Part shown: in pieces, positions 26,128 to 36,018 of the stretch
Layout of the letters: every line of letters begins with the position of its first letter
Position numbering within the stretch: the first letter of the stretch is position 1
From: Candidatus Adlerbacteria bacterium
GTDB taxonomy: Bacteria > Patescibacteriota > Minisyncoccia > Phycocordibacterales > SBAW01
Assembly: GCA_903878285.1 (NCBI GenBank)
Contig: CAIRHB010000002.1
Location: forward strand, 808-64,807
Length of the DNA stretch: 64,000 nucleotides
Reading direction: 5' to 3'
The notes under the pieces: model-generated
The model's database searches: none
Seen by the model: only the letters and a program-made list of their open reading frames with translations
What the model was told of the DNA's origin: nothing
Position numbers and translations under genes: made by a program

Positions 26128-29100
26128 ATGACTGATCTTAAGAAACATTACGTCAAATTCAAAGAGTCACTCTCAGACGTTAGAATCATAACCGCGAACC
26201 TCTTGGTATTGATCAAGACAGCCTTTTTGAGTGTCCTGAGCGCCGAAATATGGCGTTTCTCAACCGCCCTCACGGGAAAAGTAAATATATGGATTGCAGC
26301 CAATGGCTATGAGTGGTGGGCAATATGGCTTTGCGTTGCGGCCACGATATTGGTCATCGCATATCTCATAATTCGAGGTGTCTTCACAGATATAAAAAAG
26401 ATATTCAAGAGTTACCGTGCCGACGTTCTTCTTGCTCTCTGCTTCGGCATATGGGTCAGCGTGGCATGGGGCGGTTTCTTGACGGGGTGGGATACAAAGG
26501 TCATTGCTTCGCTGAATTTGAAACAGATATGTACTCTCATAGTTGGACCATTTCTTTTGGGCGTCTTGGTGATGGCACGTCAATTGTTCCACACGACCGA
26601 TAAAACCGTTTCGTCGCTCGTCGTTGATAAGGAGCTAAGAGGAAAAGAGAACGATCTCCTAAACTTTGCATCAAAAGCAGATGCGTTCGCGGAGAGAGTA
26701 TTCAACGACGGTTCGCCAGAAAGTTTCGTATTCGGCGTAGATGCACCTTGGGGTATAGGCAAATCAACATTCATAAATTTCTGTACTGAATATTGGGAGA
26801 AAGAGCATGCGGAAAAAATTGTCGTCTACAAATTCAGCCCGCTTCAATACCTTGGCGCAGACAATCTGCTCGAGGTTTTCATCGATGGGTTAATCCATGC
26901 AATTCAGAAAGATTCGTTCATTCCGGAAATAAAACCTTTGATTTCTCGATACGCACGATTACTTAAGGAGATAAAGCACTTCTCAATATTTGGACTCACG
27001 CTTCCAACATTCATGACGGATTACAGTGCAGAGGAAGCCTGCGATGATTTGAGCGCAGTATTGAAACGTTTTCCTAAGAAGGTCATAGTCATTATTGATG
27101 ATCTCGACCGTATCAACTTTGCTGAGATAAAAGATATTCTGTTTGTGATACGAAAGAGTTTTGCGTTTCCAAACGTGTCCTACGTCATCTGCTATGACAC
27201 AGACAATATCGGGGTACTAGAAGCGGAAACGCCGGAAATAGATAAGGTTGGTGAGTTTTTGGAGAAATTTGTGAACATAAAAATCAGCCTCTATTTAGAG
27301 AGAGAAGACCTAGCGAAGTTTGTCTCCGAAAACCTTGAAAAGACGCTGCCAGCCAGCCTCCTCGTTGACCCATTGCCAATGCGCCAAGCTGTCGGAGGAC
27401 TACTCGATATATATAAATCGACTACATACCACCGCTATTTACCATTCATAGGAGATGTGAGGAAGTTAAAACGACTCATCAATACAGTCCTAATGTTCGA
27501 TTTGCAGAAGACGGACTTCAAGAACAGTGACTTCGATAAGCGAGATCTGGTGAATCTGTTGCTGATCTATATTCATTATCCGAATATCTTTAGGAAGATC
27601 TATGACACCGAGACAAAAGGCGGTCGTGGTTTCTTTTCACTTGTGTTGCCGCATGAAGATGGCTACCCCGAAGATGCGTCGGGACAAAGGCGTTCTTCTT
27701 TCAGCGATTCTACGTACAAGAACTCCACTTATTTTACGGAGTACATGAAGCAATTCCCTGAGGACAGTCATCAGCGCTTCCTTTTGAATCAGGTATTTAA
27801 TGTCGATGTAAGACTGAAAATGACTAGTACTGGTTTCCCGACGGCAAACGACTACGCCAAGATTGATAGCGTCCCAGAAGACGTACGTACATCACTCGCC
27901 TGTTTCAATGGTGGTTGGACCAATGGTAGAAACCTCGAGACATATTTGGATCTGATAGTAAATCTCTCGAAGCCCGTAGATATTGGCCAGCACAGGTTCT
28001 ATATGACATGGAGAGAAGCCATTATCAACAAGACAAAAACTCTTACTGAGGCTTTTGCCGATCCAAAATTTGCATACGTAGAGGGCGAATACCCAAGAGA
28101 GAGGTTGTGGCGAATATTGGTAAACAACGCCCGAGAACTGCAAAGCGATATTGCCGCTGATATTATTTCTCATCTTTTGGACACGATTCCGGACTATTCA
28201 CTGATTGAATTTCAAGAAGAAAATACGGGTAGCGGAATGAGACACAGCATGGACTATTTTTTGACCAGACTGCTGAATGATGCGGGGTGGACGGACAAAC
28301 AGGGTAAACATTCGGGCAATATGGAGCCATATATTAACGAGATTGCCGAATGGATTTTTGGAGATGGCCGACACGAAGGAAAGGGGGTGATATCGAGACT
28401 ATCCGACGCTACACGAGGTGTATTAGGAATCTACGACCTTATGGTGTTCCGGCTTACGTGTAGCAGTGATCGTGGTGGAGATATCTTCGACCTTTCCAGA
28501 GCACTGGCACAACATGCGAATAAAGATGCGCCGACACAGGGAGACACTCGTGTCATTGCCCGTGAGGAAATGCGTGAAATATCACAGAAGGTATTTGAAA
28601 TCTTCAATGCAAGATACATCGTCCCGAAGAAAAATATTTTTGCCGAAATTGATGCGTTGAAAACTGGAGATCTCGCTGGCAAATACAACGAATACATCAC
28701 TAAAAAGGTGGCGGACGGCGTATTTCAGGTAAGTGATATCGAAAAGAAAACTTCAGAACTTAAAACACGCATTGGTTCTTTTGTTCTGTACCAGTTAGCA
28801 AATGCCGAAATCAATCTTGGAGCAGGATGTGGGTTCTATGATCCGATGGGCAAAGAAGACAAACATCAAATTAGAGACCTCGTAAATGATTACATATTCT
28901 CTTGTTTCGATCCGTCTGACAAAAAGAATACTGAGTATTTCATTGATTATCTTTTTAGAAACTTTGCGAATGCCATTGCTTCAGCCAGAGAAGACGGAGA
29001 TCAATACATTCCGAGTATAAATGAGTTTACGAAGGTTTTGGATGCAAAGAAACTTGCAACGTTTTGGCAAAAGCATGGAGTAGCCTACAAAGCTCTTAAG

Positions 29101-29265
29101 CTCGAGGAGAGTAGCAAGGTCGTCATGATAGGTAAAGACGAGGCCTCATACAAGAAGTACGTGCCAATGGTATACAAAGTGTTAGATGAAAACGTGACGA
29201 CGGTTTCATCGGCTGACACATCAAAAGCGGAAACCCCGGTAGCCGATCCTGCATCCCAAGAATAA
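26128..29265 (+). CDS. KAP-family P-loop NTPase with N-terminal transmembrane domain (Tmn-like)
   Basis: Four N-terminal TM helices. KAP Walker A is GVDAPWGIGKSTF and Walker B is VIVIIDDLDR. 1045 aa, low GC. Confidence 0.85.
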   Translation: MTDLKKHYVKFKESLSDVRIITANLLVLIKTAFLSVLSAEIWRFSTALTGKVNIWIAANGYEWWAIWLCVAATILVIAYLIIRGVFTDIKKIFKSYRADVLLALCFGIWVSVAWGGFLTGWDTKVIASLNLKQICTLIVGPFLLGVLVMARQLFHTTDKTVSSLVVDKELRGKENDLLNFASKADAFAERVFNDGSPESFVFGVDAPWGIGKSTFINFCTEYWEKEHAEKIVVYKFSPLQYLGADNLLEVFIDGLIHAIQKDSFIPEIKPLISRYARLLKEIKHFSIFGLTLPTFMTDYSAEEACDDLSAVLKRFPKKVIVIIDDLDRINFAEIKDILFVIRKSFAFPNVSYVICYDTDNIGVLEAETPEIDKVGEFLEKFVNIKISLYLEREDLAKFVSENLEKTLPASLLVDPLPMRQAVGGLLDIYKSTTYHRYLPFIGDVRKLKRLINTVLMFDLQKTDFKNSDFDKRDLVNLLLIYIHYPNIFRKIYDTETKGGRGFFSLVLPHEDGYPEDASGQRRSSFSDSTYKNSTYFTEYMKQFPEDSHQRFLLNQVFNVDVRLKMTSTGFPTANDYAKIDSVPEDVRTSLACFNGGWTNGRNLETYLDLIVNLSKPVDIGQHRFYMTWREAIINKTKTLTEAFADPKFAYVEGEYPRERLWRILVNNARELQSDIAADIISHLLDTIPDYSLIEFQEENTGSGMRHSMDYFLTRLLNDAGWTDKQGKHSGNMEPYINEIAEWIFGDGRHEGKGVISRLSDATRGVLGIYDLMVFRLTCSSDRGGDIFDLSRALAQHANKDAPTQGDTRVIAREEMREISQKVFEIFNARYIVPKKNIFAEIDALKTGDLAGKYNEYITKKVADGVFQVSDIEKKTSELKTRIGSFVLYQLANAEINLGAGCGFYDPMGKEDKHQIRDLVNDYIFSCFDPSDKKNTEYFIDYLFRNFANAIASAREDGDQYIPSINEFTKVLDAKKLATFWQKHGVAYKALKLEESSKVVMIGKDEASYKKYVPMVYKVLDENVTTVSSADTSKAETPVADPASQE

Positions 29266-29353
29266 TCAAACCTAAGTTTCTGCGCCTCAGTGTCATCAGT
29301 TTTCTGATGTGAAAAATTCCTTGTAAACACTAGCCTCTTGAGCTAGCTCGACT

Positions 29354-29443
29354 TGGCGGAGACGGAGGGATTCGAACCCTCGAGGGCGGTAAAGCCCTGC
29401 CTCGTTAGCAGTGAGGTACTTTCGACCACTCAGCCACGTCTCC
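29354..29443 (-). tRNA. tRNA-Ser (anticodon GCU)
   Basis: I folded it by hand. Acceptor stem is GGAGACG/CGTCTCC, T-arm is GAGGG-TTCGAAT-CCCTC, and there is a long variable arm. The anticodon loop is CTGCTAA and CCA is encoded. Confidence 0.9.
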
Positions 29444-29527
29444 AGTATTCTCTTTTTCGAACGCACCCCTAACAGCCCTAGAGTACACCAAACGGCGGCT
29501 CTCTGCCACCTAGGCAACGAGGCAAAA

Positions 29528-30205
29528 TCACATCCCAATCGACTCCAGAAGTGTGCGGAGTTCGGTCGATTGGATCGGGCGGTACTCGCCGGGGCGGAGG
29601 TTGCCGAGGGTAATGTTCATCACGCGGACGCGCTTGAGGTCGGCGACGTTAGCACCGAGCACCTCGCACATCCGGCGGATTTGGTGCTTCTTCCCCTCGG
29701 TGAGAATAATAGCGAACGAGCGCGAGCCGCGAACCTCGACCTCGCAGGGCTTCGTGACATAGTCGCCAATGTCGACGCCGCAGGACATCCGCTCGGCAAA
29801 GTGCTGCGGGAGCGCGCGGCGCGTCGTCACCTCGTACTCTTTCTCGTGCGCGTACTTGGGGTTGAGCAGCGGGTCGGTGATGCGCCCATCGTCGGTGAGG
29901 AGAATCAGCCCGTAGGAATCTTTATCGAGCCGCCCCAGCGGGAAGACACCTTGTATCGGCAGGATGTCCTCGATAGACTCCTCATCGCCCTGCGGCGAGT
30001 GCGTGATGATGCCGCGCGGCTTGTGGTAGGCAAAGTAGCGATACTTCCGCGGGCGGAAGGTCACCTCGACGACATCCTGCTCGCCCACTTGGTCGCCGAG
30101 CTTTGCCACAGCGCCGTTGATGGTCACGCGCTGTTTGATGATCATCTCGTCTGCCTCGCGCCGCGTGCAGTACTTTTGCATCGCGAGATATTTGTTGATG
30201 CGCAT
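29528..30205 (-). CDS. Pseudouridine synthase, RsuA/RluB family (S4 domain plus catalytic domain)
   Basis: An N-terminal S4 RNA-binding region is followed by the HKPRGIITH and GRLDKDSYGLILLTDDG motifs. Confidence 0.85.
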   Translation of the reverse strand: MRINKYLAMQKYCTRREADEMIIKQRVTINGAVAKLGDQVGEQDVVEVTFRPRKYRYFAYHKPRGIITHSPQGDEESIEDILPIQGVFPLGRLDKDSYGLILLTDDGRITDPLLNPKYAHEKEYEVTTRRALPQHFAERMSCGVDIGDYVTKPCEVEVRGSRSFAIILTEGKKHQIRRMCEVLGANVADLKRVRVMNITLGNLRPGEYRPIQSTELRTLLESIGM

Positions 30206-30251
30206 GGCGTAGGTATACCACAGTTCTGCGATTTGCTGGAATGCCCGAACA

Positions 30252-30291
30252 TGGTGCTGTATAAAAAAATGAGGCGGCTTACATTACTTCG
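30252..30291 (-). terminator. Rho-independent terminator candidate
   Basis: A 10-bp stem (GGCGGCTTAC / GTAAGCCGTC) is followed on the minus strand by TCATTTTTTT. It sits downstream of the small 30333..30608 ORF. Confidence 0.4.
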
Positions 30292-30332
30292 TAAGCCGTC
30301 CCTCACGAACGTCTCTTCCCTGTTACGCACGA

Positions 30333-30608
30333 CTAATGCTTGAAAGGTCCTGCCGCCTCGTCGACGGCGTCATCGCCAGTGAGCGGGTTATCTTTCTCAT
30401 CCCCGCGCCCATCAGCGGTCAACTGCTGGGCTGCCTCCCTTCGGGCAGCAAGGTCAGGCAGATAGGTCGTAACCACTGTGTCTTGATTAAGAACAGTCAT
30501 ATTCCAGACTCCTCTTGCAACTTTGTTGACATCGACCCCCGACGCCGAGTGCATACTAGGATGGATAGTGCTCTGTGTCAACCTGCCGAGAAAAACAGAA
30601 ACGCCCAA
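30333..30608 (-). CDS. Hypothetical small protein
   Basis: 91-aa ORF followed by a terminator-like hairpin. No motif. Confidence 0.25.
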   Translation of the reverse strand: MGVSVFLGRLTQSTIHPSMHSASGVDVNKVARGVWNMTVLNQDTVVTTYLPDLAARREAAQQLTADGRGDEKDNPLTGDDAVDEAAGPFKH

Positions 30609-30901
30609 GACAGGACGAGACTGCTTGGACGTGCTTCATTTGCTCCCCGCTCCACACTGACACACATCACCAGAAGAAATTGGATAGCATGTACATGTGG
30701 GCAAGATTCTTATACGAATTGGATGCTCAACAAATAGAGCATCGGGCAGGTATGGCGTATATGGACATACTTGAGACCTCATCAACCCACTCCTTGTGCT
30801 GTTTCAACTTCTACCAATACCACATACGGGCAGATAGCACAAATAGGTGCAAATGCTATACTTGAGATATACACGCATTAGCAGCTTATATTTCTTATTG
30901 T

Positions 30902-31624
30902 ATGAATGAACAGACTTCTTCCCGCTCCCCAGTGATTATCGGCATCGCACTTATCGTAAGCGCGGCAGTGTTTGGCATCTTCTACTACAGCGCGCAGCAG
31001 ACAGGCAGCCGCGACACTCTGTCGGTCACTGGCTCTGCCAAAACGCATGTTACTTCCGACCAGGCAAAGCTCGTGATTGGGCTCATGCGCATCGTCTCGA
31101 CCGACAGTTTGTCTACTGGATATGCAGAAGTAGCCCATGACCTCGCGCTCACCCGCGCACTGCTCAAGGCCGCGGGCGTCGACGACGCCGACGTGGTCGA
31201 GAGCCCCGTGTCGATGAACCAGCAGTACGATCAAAACTCCGGCCCCACGCGCTATCAGCTGAGCCAAACCGTCACGGTGCAGTCGAGCGACGTCGCGAAG
31301 GTGACCGACATCTCAAAAAAGGTGCCGACGCTCGCAGCACAGGGCGCGATTGTCTCTGTCCAATCGCTCGAGTACTACTACTCCAAACTGCCCGACCTGC
31401 GCGTGTCACTCTTGACTGACGCAGTCAAAGACGCCAAAGCGCGCGCAGAGAAGATCGCCGAAGGCACCGGCGGACACGTCGGCAGCGTCTCGGCAGCATC
31501 AAGCGGCGTGGTGCAGGTCTTGCCACCCAACTCGGTCGACGTCTCCGACTATGGCAACTACGACACCTCAAGTATCGACAAAGACGTGATGGTCACCGTC
31601 AAAGCCTCGTTCCGACTGCAGTAA
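30902..31624 (+). CDS. SIMPL-domain (DUF541) protein, membrane-anchored
   Basis: An N-terminal TM helix is followed by the repeated beta-rich pattern typical of SIMPL-domain / 26 kDa periplasmic immunogenic protein-like families. Confidence 0.55.
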   Translation: MNEQTSSRSPVIIGIALIVSAAVFGIFYYSAQQTGSRDTLSVTGSAKTHVTSDQAKLVIGLMRIVSTDSLSTGYAEVAHDLALTRALLKAAGVDDADVVESPVSMNQQYDQNSGPTRYQLSQTVTVQSSDVAKVTDISKKVPTLAAQGAIVSVQSLEYYYSKLPDLRVSLLTDAVKDAKARAEKIAEGTGGHVGSVSAASSGVVQVLPPNSVDVSDYGNYDTSSIDKDVMVTVKASFRLQ

Positions 31625-31679
31625 AGACAACGCTACCTAATCACAACCATTCTGTCCGTACAGATACGCCTATCGCTAT

Positions 31680-32255
31680 ATGAAAAAACTGATACTCGCC
31701 TCCACCTCACCGCGCAGGAAGGAGATTTTGGAGAAGACGCGGCTTGCATTCGAGGTGCAGGAGAGCAACTACGAAGAGGATATGACGCTCGATATGCCGC
31801 CCGAGGAGCTAGTTGAGTTTCTCTCCCAAGGCAAGGCACGCGCGGTCGTTGCCGCAAACCCGAACGCGATCATCATCGCGGCGGATACCTTTGTCGTCCA
31901 CCAGCACCACCGGCTCGGCAAGCCAAAAACAGCCGAGCGCGCACGCGAGATGCTGCAGATGCTCAGCGGCACAGTGCATGAGCTGATTACGGGCGTGACG
32001 ATTATCGACACCGACAGTGGGCGCGAGCGCACCTTCCATGAGTCTACCCGCGTGCACATGGCAGATTTGTCGCCAGAAATTATCGACGCATACATAGCAA
32101 GTGGCGAGCCGCTCGACCGCGCTGGCGCGTATGCACTGCAAGAACTCGGCGCACTCCTTGTCGAAAAAATCGACGGCGACTTTTTTACCGCCATGGGTCT
32201 CCCCCTTCGCCGCCTTGCAGAGGAGCTGGAAGCGTTTGGCGTGCGGGTGTTGTAG
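31680..32255 (+). CDS. maf: Maf-like nucleoside triphosphate pyrophosphatase
   Basis: LILASTSPRRKEIL signature at the N-terminus. About 190 aa. Confidence 0.85.
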   Translation: MKKLILASTSPRRKEILEKTRLAFEVQESNYEEDMTLDMPPEELVEFLSQGKARAVVAANPNAIIIAADTFVVHQHHRLGKPKTAERAREMLQMLSGTVHELITGVTIIDTDSGRERTFHESTRVHMADLSPEIIDAYIASGEPLDRAGAYALQELGALLVEKIDGDFFTAMGLPLRRLAEELEAFGVRVL

Positions 32256-32320
32256 TATTTGTGCACAAAAGCGACCCACCGAAGTGGGCCGCCATCTTGT
32301 TTGCCTGAACATCGCCGCCG

Positions 32321-33115
32321 TTAGACGCTGTTGATTTGAAACGATGCGCCGAGCGGTTTCGTTCCCTCGTATTGCGCATTACCAGAGGCGACCAGTACTT
32401 GACCTTCCAAATGCGGAAATACGATGGAATAGCAGAGACGTTCAATGAAGAGGCGTATCCACTGCGAAGTCGTAACCCGCCACCTGCCATGGAAGCGCCC
32501 GAACTGATGAAAGAGTGTGTTCATGTCAGCACCTTCGTCCATCCGCTCCTTGAACAAGATACCTTGGAGGGATGAATCCTCGGAACGACCAGGAGACAGG
32601 AGCCATTGCGCTGTCGGCAGAATAATATCGCTGCCGAAAGCACCAACAGAAACACCGGCTCGCAACCGCGGGAATATCTCGCAATAAATCTCCGTCGTTG
32701 AGGTATGCAAATAGGGGTCGAGATGAACGACCAGGAACAGGTCGACATCGAACCCATATTCCACAGGAAATCCAGGAAGTTTTGCCTCGATCCATGCATG
32801 CACGAAGTCGATGAAGTATTGCGCTGCCGAGACGATAGGCGCACGCTCGATAGCATCCGCTGCGCCAGTGCCTCCAGGCATGCTGCGCATGATTGCCGCA
32901 TGTTCGGCAATGGAGTGTCGCACATGATATTGGAGCTGCTCCCAAGTGATACGCCACCATGGGTTAGAGCTGGCGAAAAACGGAAGCACCACCGGCTCCT
33001 TGGCGAGCAGACGAGACTTCTTGAAACCTCGCAGAGAAAACCTAGAATAGAACAAGTTGTTGAATTGTGCCACGGCACTCTCCCTTACATATTGCCCTTT
33101 TCCTATAAAGAGCAA
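32321..33115 (-). CDS. Hypothetical protein
   Basis: 264-aa GC-rich ORF with coding-like composition. No motif I can assign. Confidence 0.4.
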   Translation of the reverse strand: MLFIGKGQYVRESAVAQFNNLFYSRFSLRGFKKSRLLAKEPVVLPFFASSNPWWRITWEQLQYHVRHSIAEHAAIMRSMPGGTGAADAIERAPIVSAAQYFIDFVHAWIEAKLPGFPVEYGFDVDLFLVVHLDPYLHTSTTEIYCEIFPRLRAGVSVGAFGSDIILPTAQWLLSPGRSEDSSLQGILFKERMDEGADMNTLFHQFGRFHGRWRVTTSQWIRLFIERLCYSIVFPHLEGQVLVASGNAQYEGTKPLGASFQINSV

Positions 33116-33171
33116 TGGTTAAGCCTGAAAGCAGGTTACCATCAACAATAACTCTCGTCAAAGAAAAAGAG

Positions 33172-35982
33172 TCACAACCCGCCTTGTGCGAGTGTTGCGG
33201 GAGATTGGGCGGAGGAGGAGAGGCCGCTCGCGATCTCGGACTCGATGTCGGCGCGGGGGCGGCCGTAGCGCAGGTAGGACATCTGCCGCATCTGGTCGGC
33301 GAACTCTTGTGTCCCCGCAGGGAATGGGAGCGTCTCGATATTAAACGGCTGCGACGGCTTGCCATTGACCAACATCTTGAGGTAGGCATTGCGGTTGTCG
33401 ACGTTCATCAGGTCGCGCGCGCTAAAGGTTGGCGCAAACTGCTTCTCCAGCTGCTCGGCGTCGGCAGCGCCGATGCGGAACGCACAGATCGAGCCCACGT
33501 TGCCAAACACCGCGTCGCGGATCTCGTCGGTGAGCTGCGCGATAAACTGGTGCGCAACGGTGAGCGACAGCTTGTACTTGCGCGCCTCGGAGAGAATGGT
33601 CGCGATCGACGGCGTCGTGACGTTTTGGAACTCGTCGATGTGGAGATAAAACACGGGCAGCTCCTTCCCCACCGAGTCGGCACGCGACAACGCCGCGATG
33701 AGGAACTTGCCGACGATAATGAGCCCCAGCAGGTTGGCATTGATCTCGCCGATGCGACCCTTTGCCAAGTTGACGAGCAGAATCTTTTTCGTGTCCATAA
33801 TCTCGCGGAAGTTGAACGACGAGTGCTGCTGCGCGATGATGGGGCGCATGATCTCGTTGGTCGTAAAGATATCGAACTTGTTGGTCACATACGGGGCATA
33901 ATTTTCCAAGCCCTGCTCGCCAGTCGTCTTCATTGCGATATCCTCCCAAAAGCGTTTGACGATTGGGTTCTTACACGCCGCGAGTTTTTGCAAGCGGAAG
34001 GACTCGTCGCTAAAGACGCGCGTAATGTCGAGTAATGTGTTGCCCGACGCGGGATCCTCCATCACCAAGAGCGCCGAGTTGCGGAAGTATTGCTCGAACG
34101 CGGGGCCCATGCTCTCGGGCGAGTTGCCGAAGAGTTTCTTGAATATGCCAAAGAGCTCATCCACCACGAGCGTCTTTTGCTCGGGGCGCGAGGCATCGTA
34201 CTCGAGCATGTTGAGCGCCATCGGCCGCTCGGTCGCACCCGGGTCGAAGTAGATCACGTCTGCCATCCGCTCGGGCGGCACCGCTGAGAGCACGTCGAGC
34301 ACGTCGCTGCCGTGTGGGTCGATCATACACACGCCCGCGCCCGATTTAATGTCCTGGATAATCACATTTTTGAGCAAGGTCGATTTACCCGTGCCGGTCT
34401 GACCGATGACGTAGAGGTGGCGCAGACGATCCTCGGGCATGATGCGCACCTCGCGCGTCTCGCCGCGGAAGCGGCTTACGCCGAGTATTGCGCCCTCGCT
34501 TGGCAGGTCGCTCGGGGGCGCTGCGGCAGCACTCTTTTCCTGCCGGAGATCGGGCGCTGCAAACTTGCTACTCGTGCCTGGCAGATGTGCGATGGTCGCG
34601 AGCTCCTGTGTCGACAGCGGCATCGCGTGCTCGGGCTCAAAGAGCCGGTAGGAAAACTGATACGCAAAGGTCTTGACGCGGCGATGATGCACAGGGATGA
34701 ATGTAAGGCTGTTGCCCGCTGTGTCGGCAAACTGCTGAAAGGGTCCCTCGAGCTCCTGGAGGATATCCTCGGCGCGCTGGCGGGTCGCGGCGGATGCGAC
34801 CACACGCATCGTTGTATGGACAATTGGGCTTGCGATCTTGCTCTCGATATTTTTAAGCCGCGGGTCGTCGGGCTGGAGGCGCTTGTCCTGCTCGACCTTC
34901 TCGGGTGGCGAGAAGGATTCGACCACCTCACGCACAAAGCGCATGAAGCCGGTCTTAACGTTCGTCGCGTGATGCAGCTCGACGCCTGAGGGCACCTCTC
35001 CGAGCGCAGTGCGGTAGTGCTTGAGAAGCCCACGGTCATAGGGCGAGACAACAAACTGCACCGCCGCGCCCTCGCCTGCCCGCTCTAATTTTGAAAACGC
35101 GTTGAGCAGCACATCGAGCGGGTCGTTGGGAAACTGCTCGAAGAGCCGCAACGCATAGATCGGGCGCTCCGCTTGTGTCACATACGCGGCAGCAACCTCG
35201 CCGCCAGGTGCGAAGATGTTGTAATCATCACGGCGCTCGGTGAGCCGCGCAGTCGGATATAATCCCGACAGTAATTTTTCAAACAACACGCGCCGCCAAT
35301 ACGGCACCGCAACATAGAGCGCCGTGTGCGACTTGCCCGCAGGGTTGGCTATTTCGAACGAGAAATATTCGCCCTTCTTTGCATCCATCTGGAGCATGCC
35401 GCGGTAGAGCTGCTCCATCAGCTGGACAAAGTCGTGCACCGCCTTGGCTGCATCGGCGGGCTTGTCCTTGTCAGACTCGGTACCGGGGAAGGTAATTTCA
35501 TAGAGCACGAGCGAGAGCGGAGTACGACACTTTTTTTCCTGCGAACCTTTTGCAGGCAGCCCCTCGCGCACCCACTCGACCAAGACACGATGGAAGTCGT
35601 CGATCAGGTGCGGATTGCCCGTCTGCTCGGCGGCGGCGATCGCCCGCGACACGCCGCGCTCTTGCAGCACGCCGATGATGCCACCCATCAGATCATCGTG
35701 CGCCTCGGGAGCCAATTGCAGGGTGATTGCCTCTGGCTGTGCCACTGCCGCACGCGGATTCTCGGGGCTTGGTGCCGGCACCCCCGCGGCCTTTTGCCAG
35801 TGCTCGGCAACCGCCACGTGCGCAGCATCACGCTGACTTGGTGCTTTCTCCCCTGCTGCGCCAACTGTGCCGCGTGCATCTTCCATCTGCAGCTGCTTCT
35901 CTAGCTGTGCCGCACGCGCGCGCAGTTGCTCCAACTCCGCCCGCGCCTCCGGCCCCACCATCCGCCCTTCGATACTGTTCAT
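33172..35982 (-). CDS. AAA-like / type IV secretion-type ATPase (VirB4/VirD4/TraG-like, DUF87-like)
   Basis: Walker A (VIGQTGTGKST), Walker B (LHIDEFQN), and the downstream ARKYKLSLTVAHQ block typical of T4SS/FtsK-HerA-clade ATPases. 936 aa. Confidence 0.55.
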   Translation of the reverse strand: MNSIEGRMVGPEARAELEQLRARAAQLEKQLQMEDARGTVGAAGEKAPSQRDAAHVAVAEHWQKAAGVPAPSPENPRAAVAQPEAITLQLAPEAHDDLMGGIIGVLQERGVSRAIAAAEQTGNPHLIDDFHRVLVEWVREGLPAKGSQEKKCRTPLSLVLYEITFPGTESDKDKPADAAKAVHDFVQLMEQLYRGMLQMDAKKGEYFSFEIANPAGKSHTALYVAVPYWRRVLFEKLLSGLYPTARLTERRDDYNIFAPGGEVAAAYVTQAERPIYALRLFEQFPNDPLDVLLNAFSKLERAGEGAAVQFVVSPYDRGLLKHYRTALGEVPSGVELHHATNVKTGFMRFVREVVESFSPPEKVEQDKRLQPDDPRLKNIESKIASPIVHTTMRVVASAATRQRAEDILQELEGPFQQFADTAGNSLTFIPVHHRRVKTFAYQFSYRLFEPEHAMPLSTQELATIAHLPGTSSKFAAPDLRQEKSAAAAPPSDLPSEGAILGVSRFRGETREVRIMPEDRLRHLYVIGQTGTGKSTLLKNVIIQDIKSGAGVCMIDPHGSDVLDVLSAVPPERMADVIYFDPGATERPMALNMLEYDASRPEQKTLVVDELFGIFKKLFGNSPESMGPAFEQYFRNSALLVMEDPASGNTLLDITRVFSDESFRLQKLAACKNPIVKRFWEDIAMKTTGEQGLENYAPYVTNKFDIFTTNEIMRPIIAQQHSSFNFREIMDTKKILLVNLAKGRIGEINANLLGLIIVGKFLIAALSRADSVGKELPVFYLHIDEFQNVTTPSIATILSEARKYKLSLTVAHQFIAQLTDEIRDAVFGNVGSICAFRIGAADAEQLEKQFAPTFSARDLMNVDNRNAYLKMLVNGKPSQPFNIETLPFPAGTQEFADQMRQMSYLRYGRPRADIESEIASGLSSSAQSPATLAQGGL

Positions 35983-36018
35983 ACTCTACAGTATAGCGCA
36001 TCTTTTCCGCCCCAACTT

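Noticed and set aside
29411-30343. 310-aa plus-strand ORF
   Set aside because: It lies entirely antisense to the well-supported pseudouridine synthase gene in GC-rich DNA. The translation is Arg/Ala/Leu-rich and low-complexity, typical of spurious high-GC antisense ORFs.
33115-35904. Multiple long ORFs (e.g. 33115..34035 +, 34312..34989 +, 35326..35904 +) opposite the 936-aa ATPase gene
   Set aside because: These are antisense or alternate-frame ORFs in high-GC coding sequence. They have no motifs and overlap a gene with clear Walker A/B motifs.
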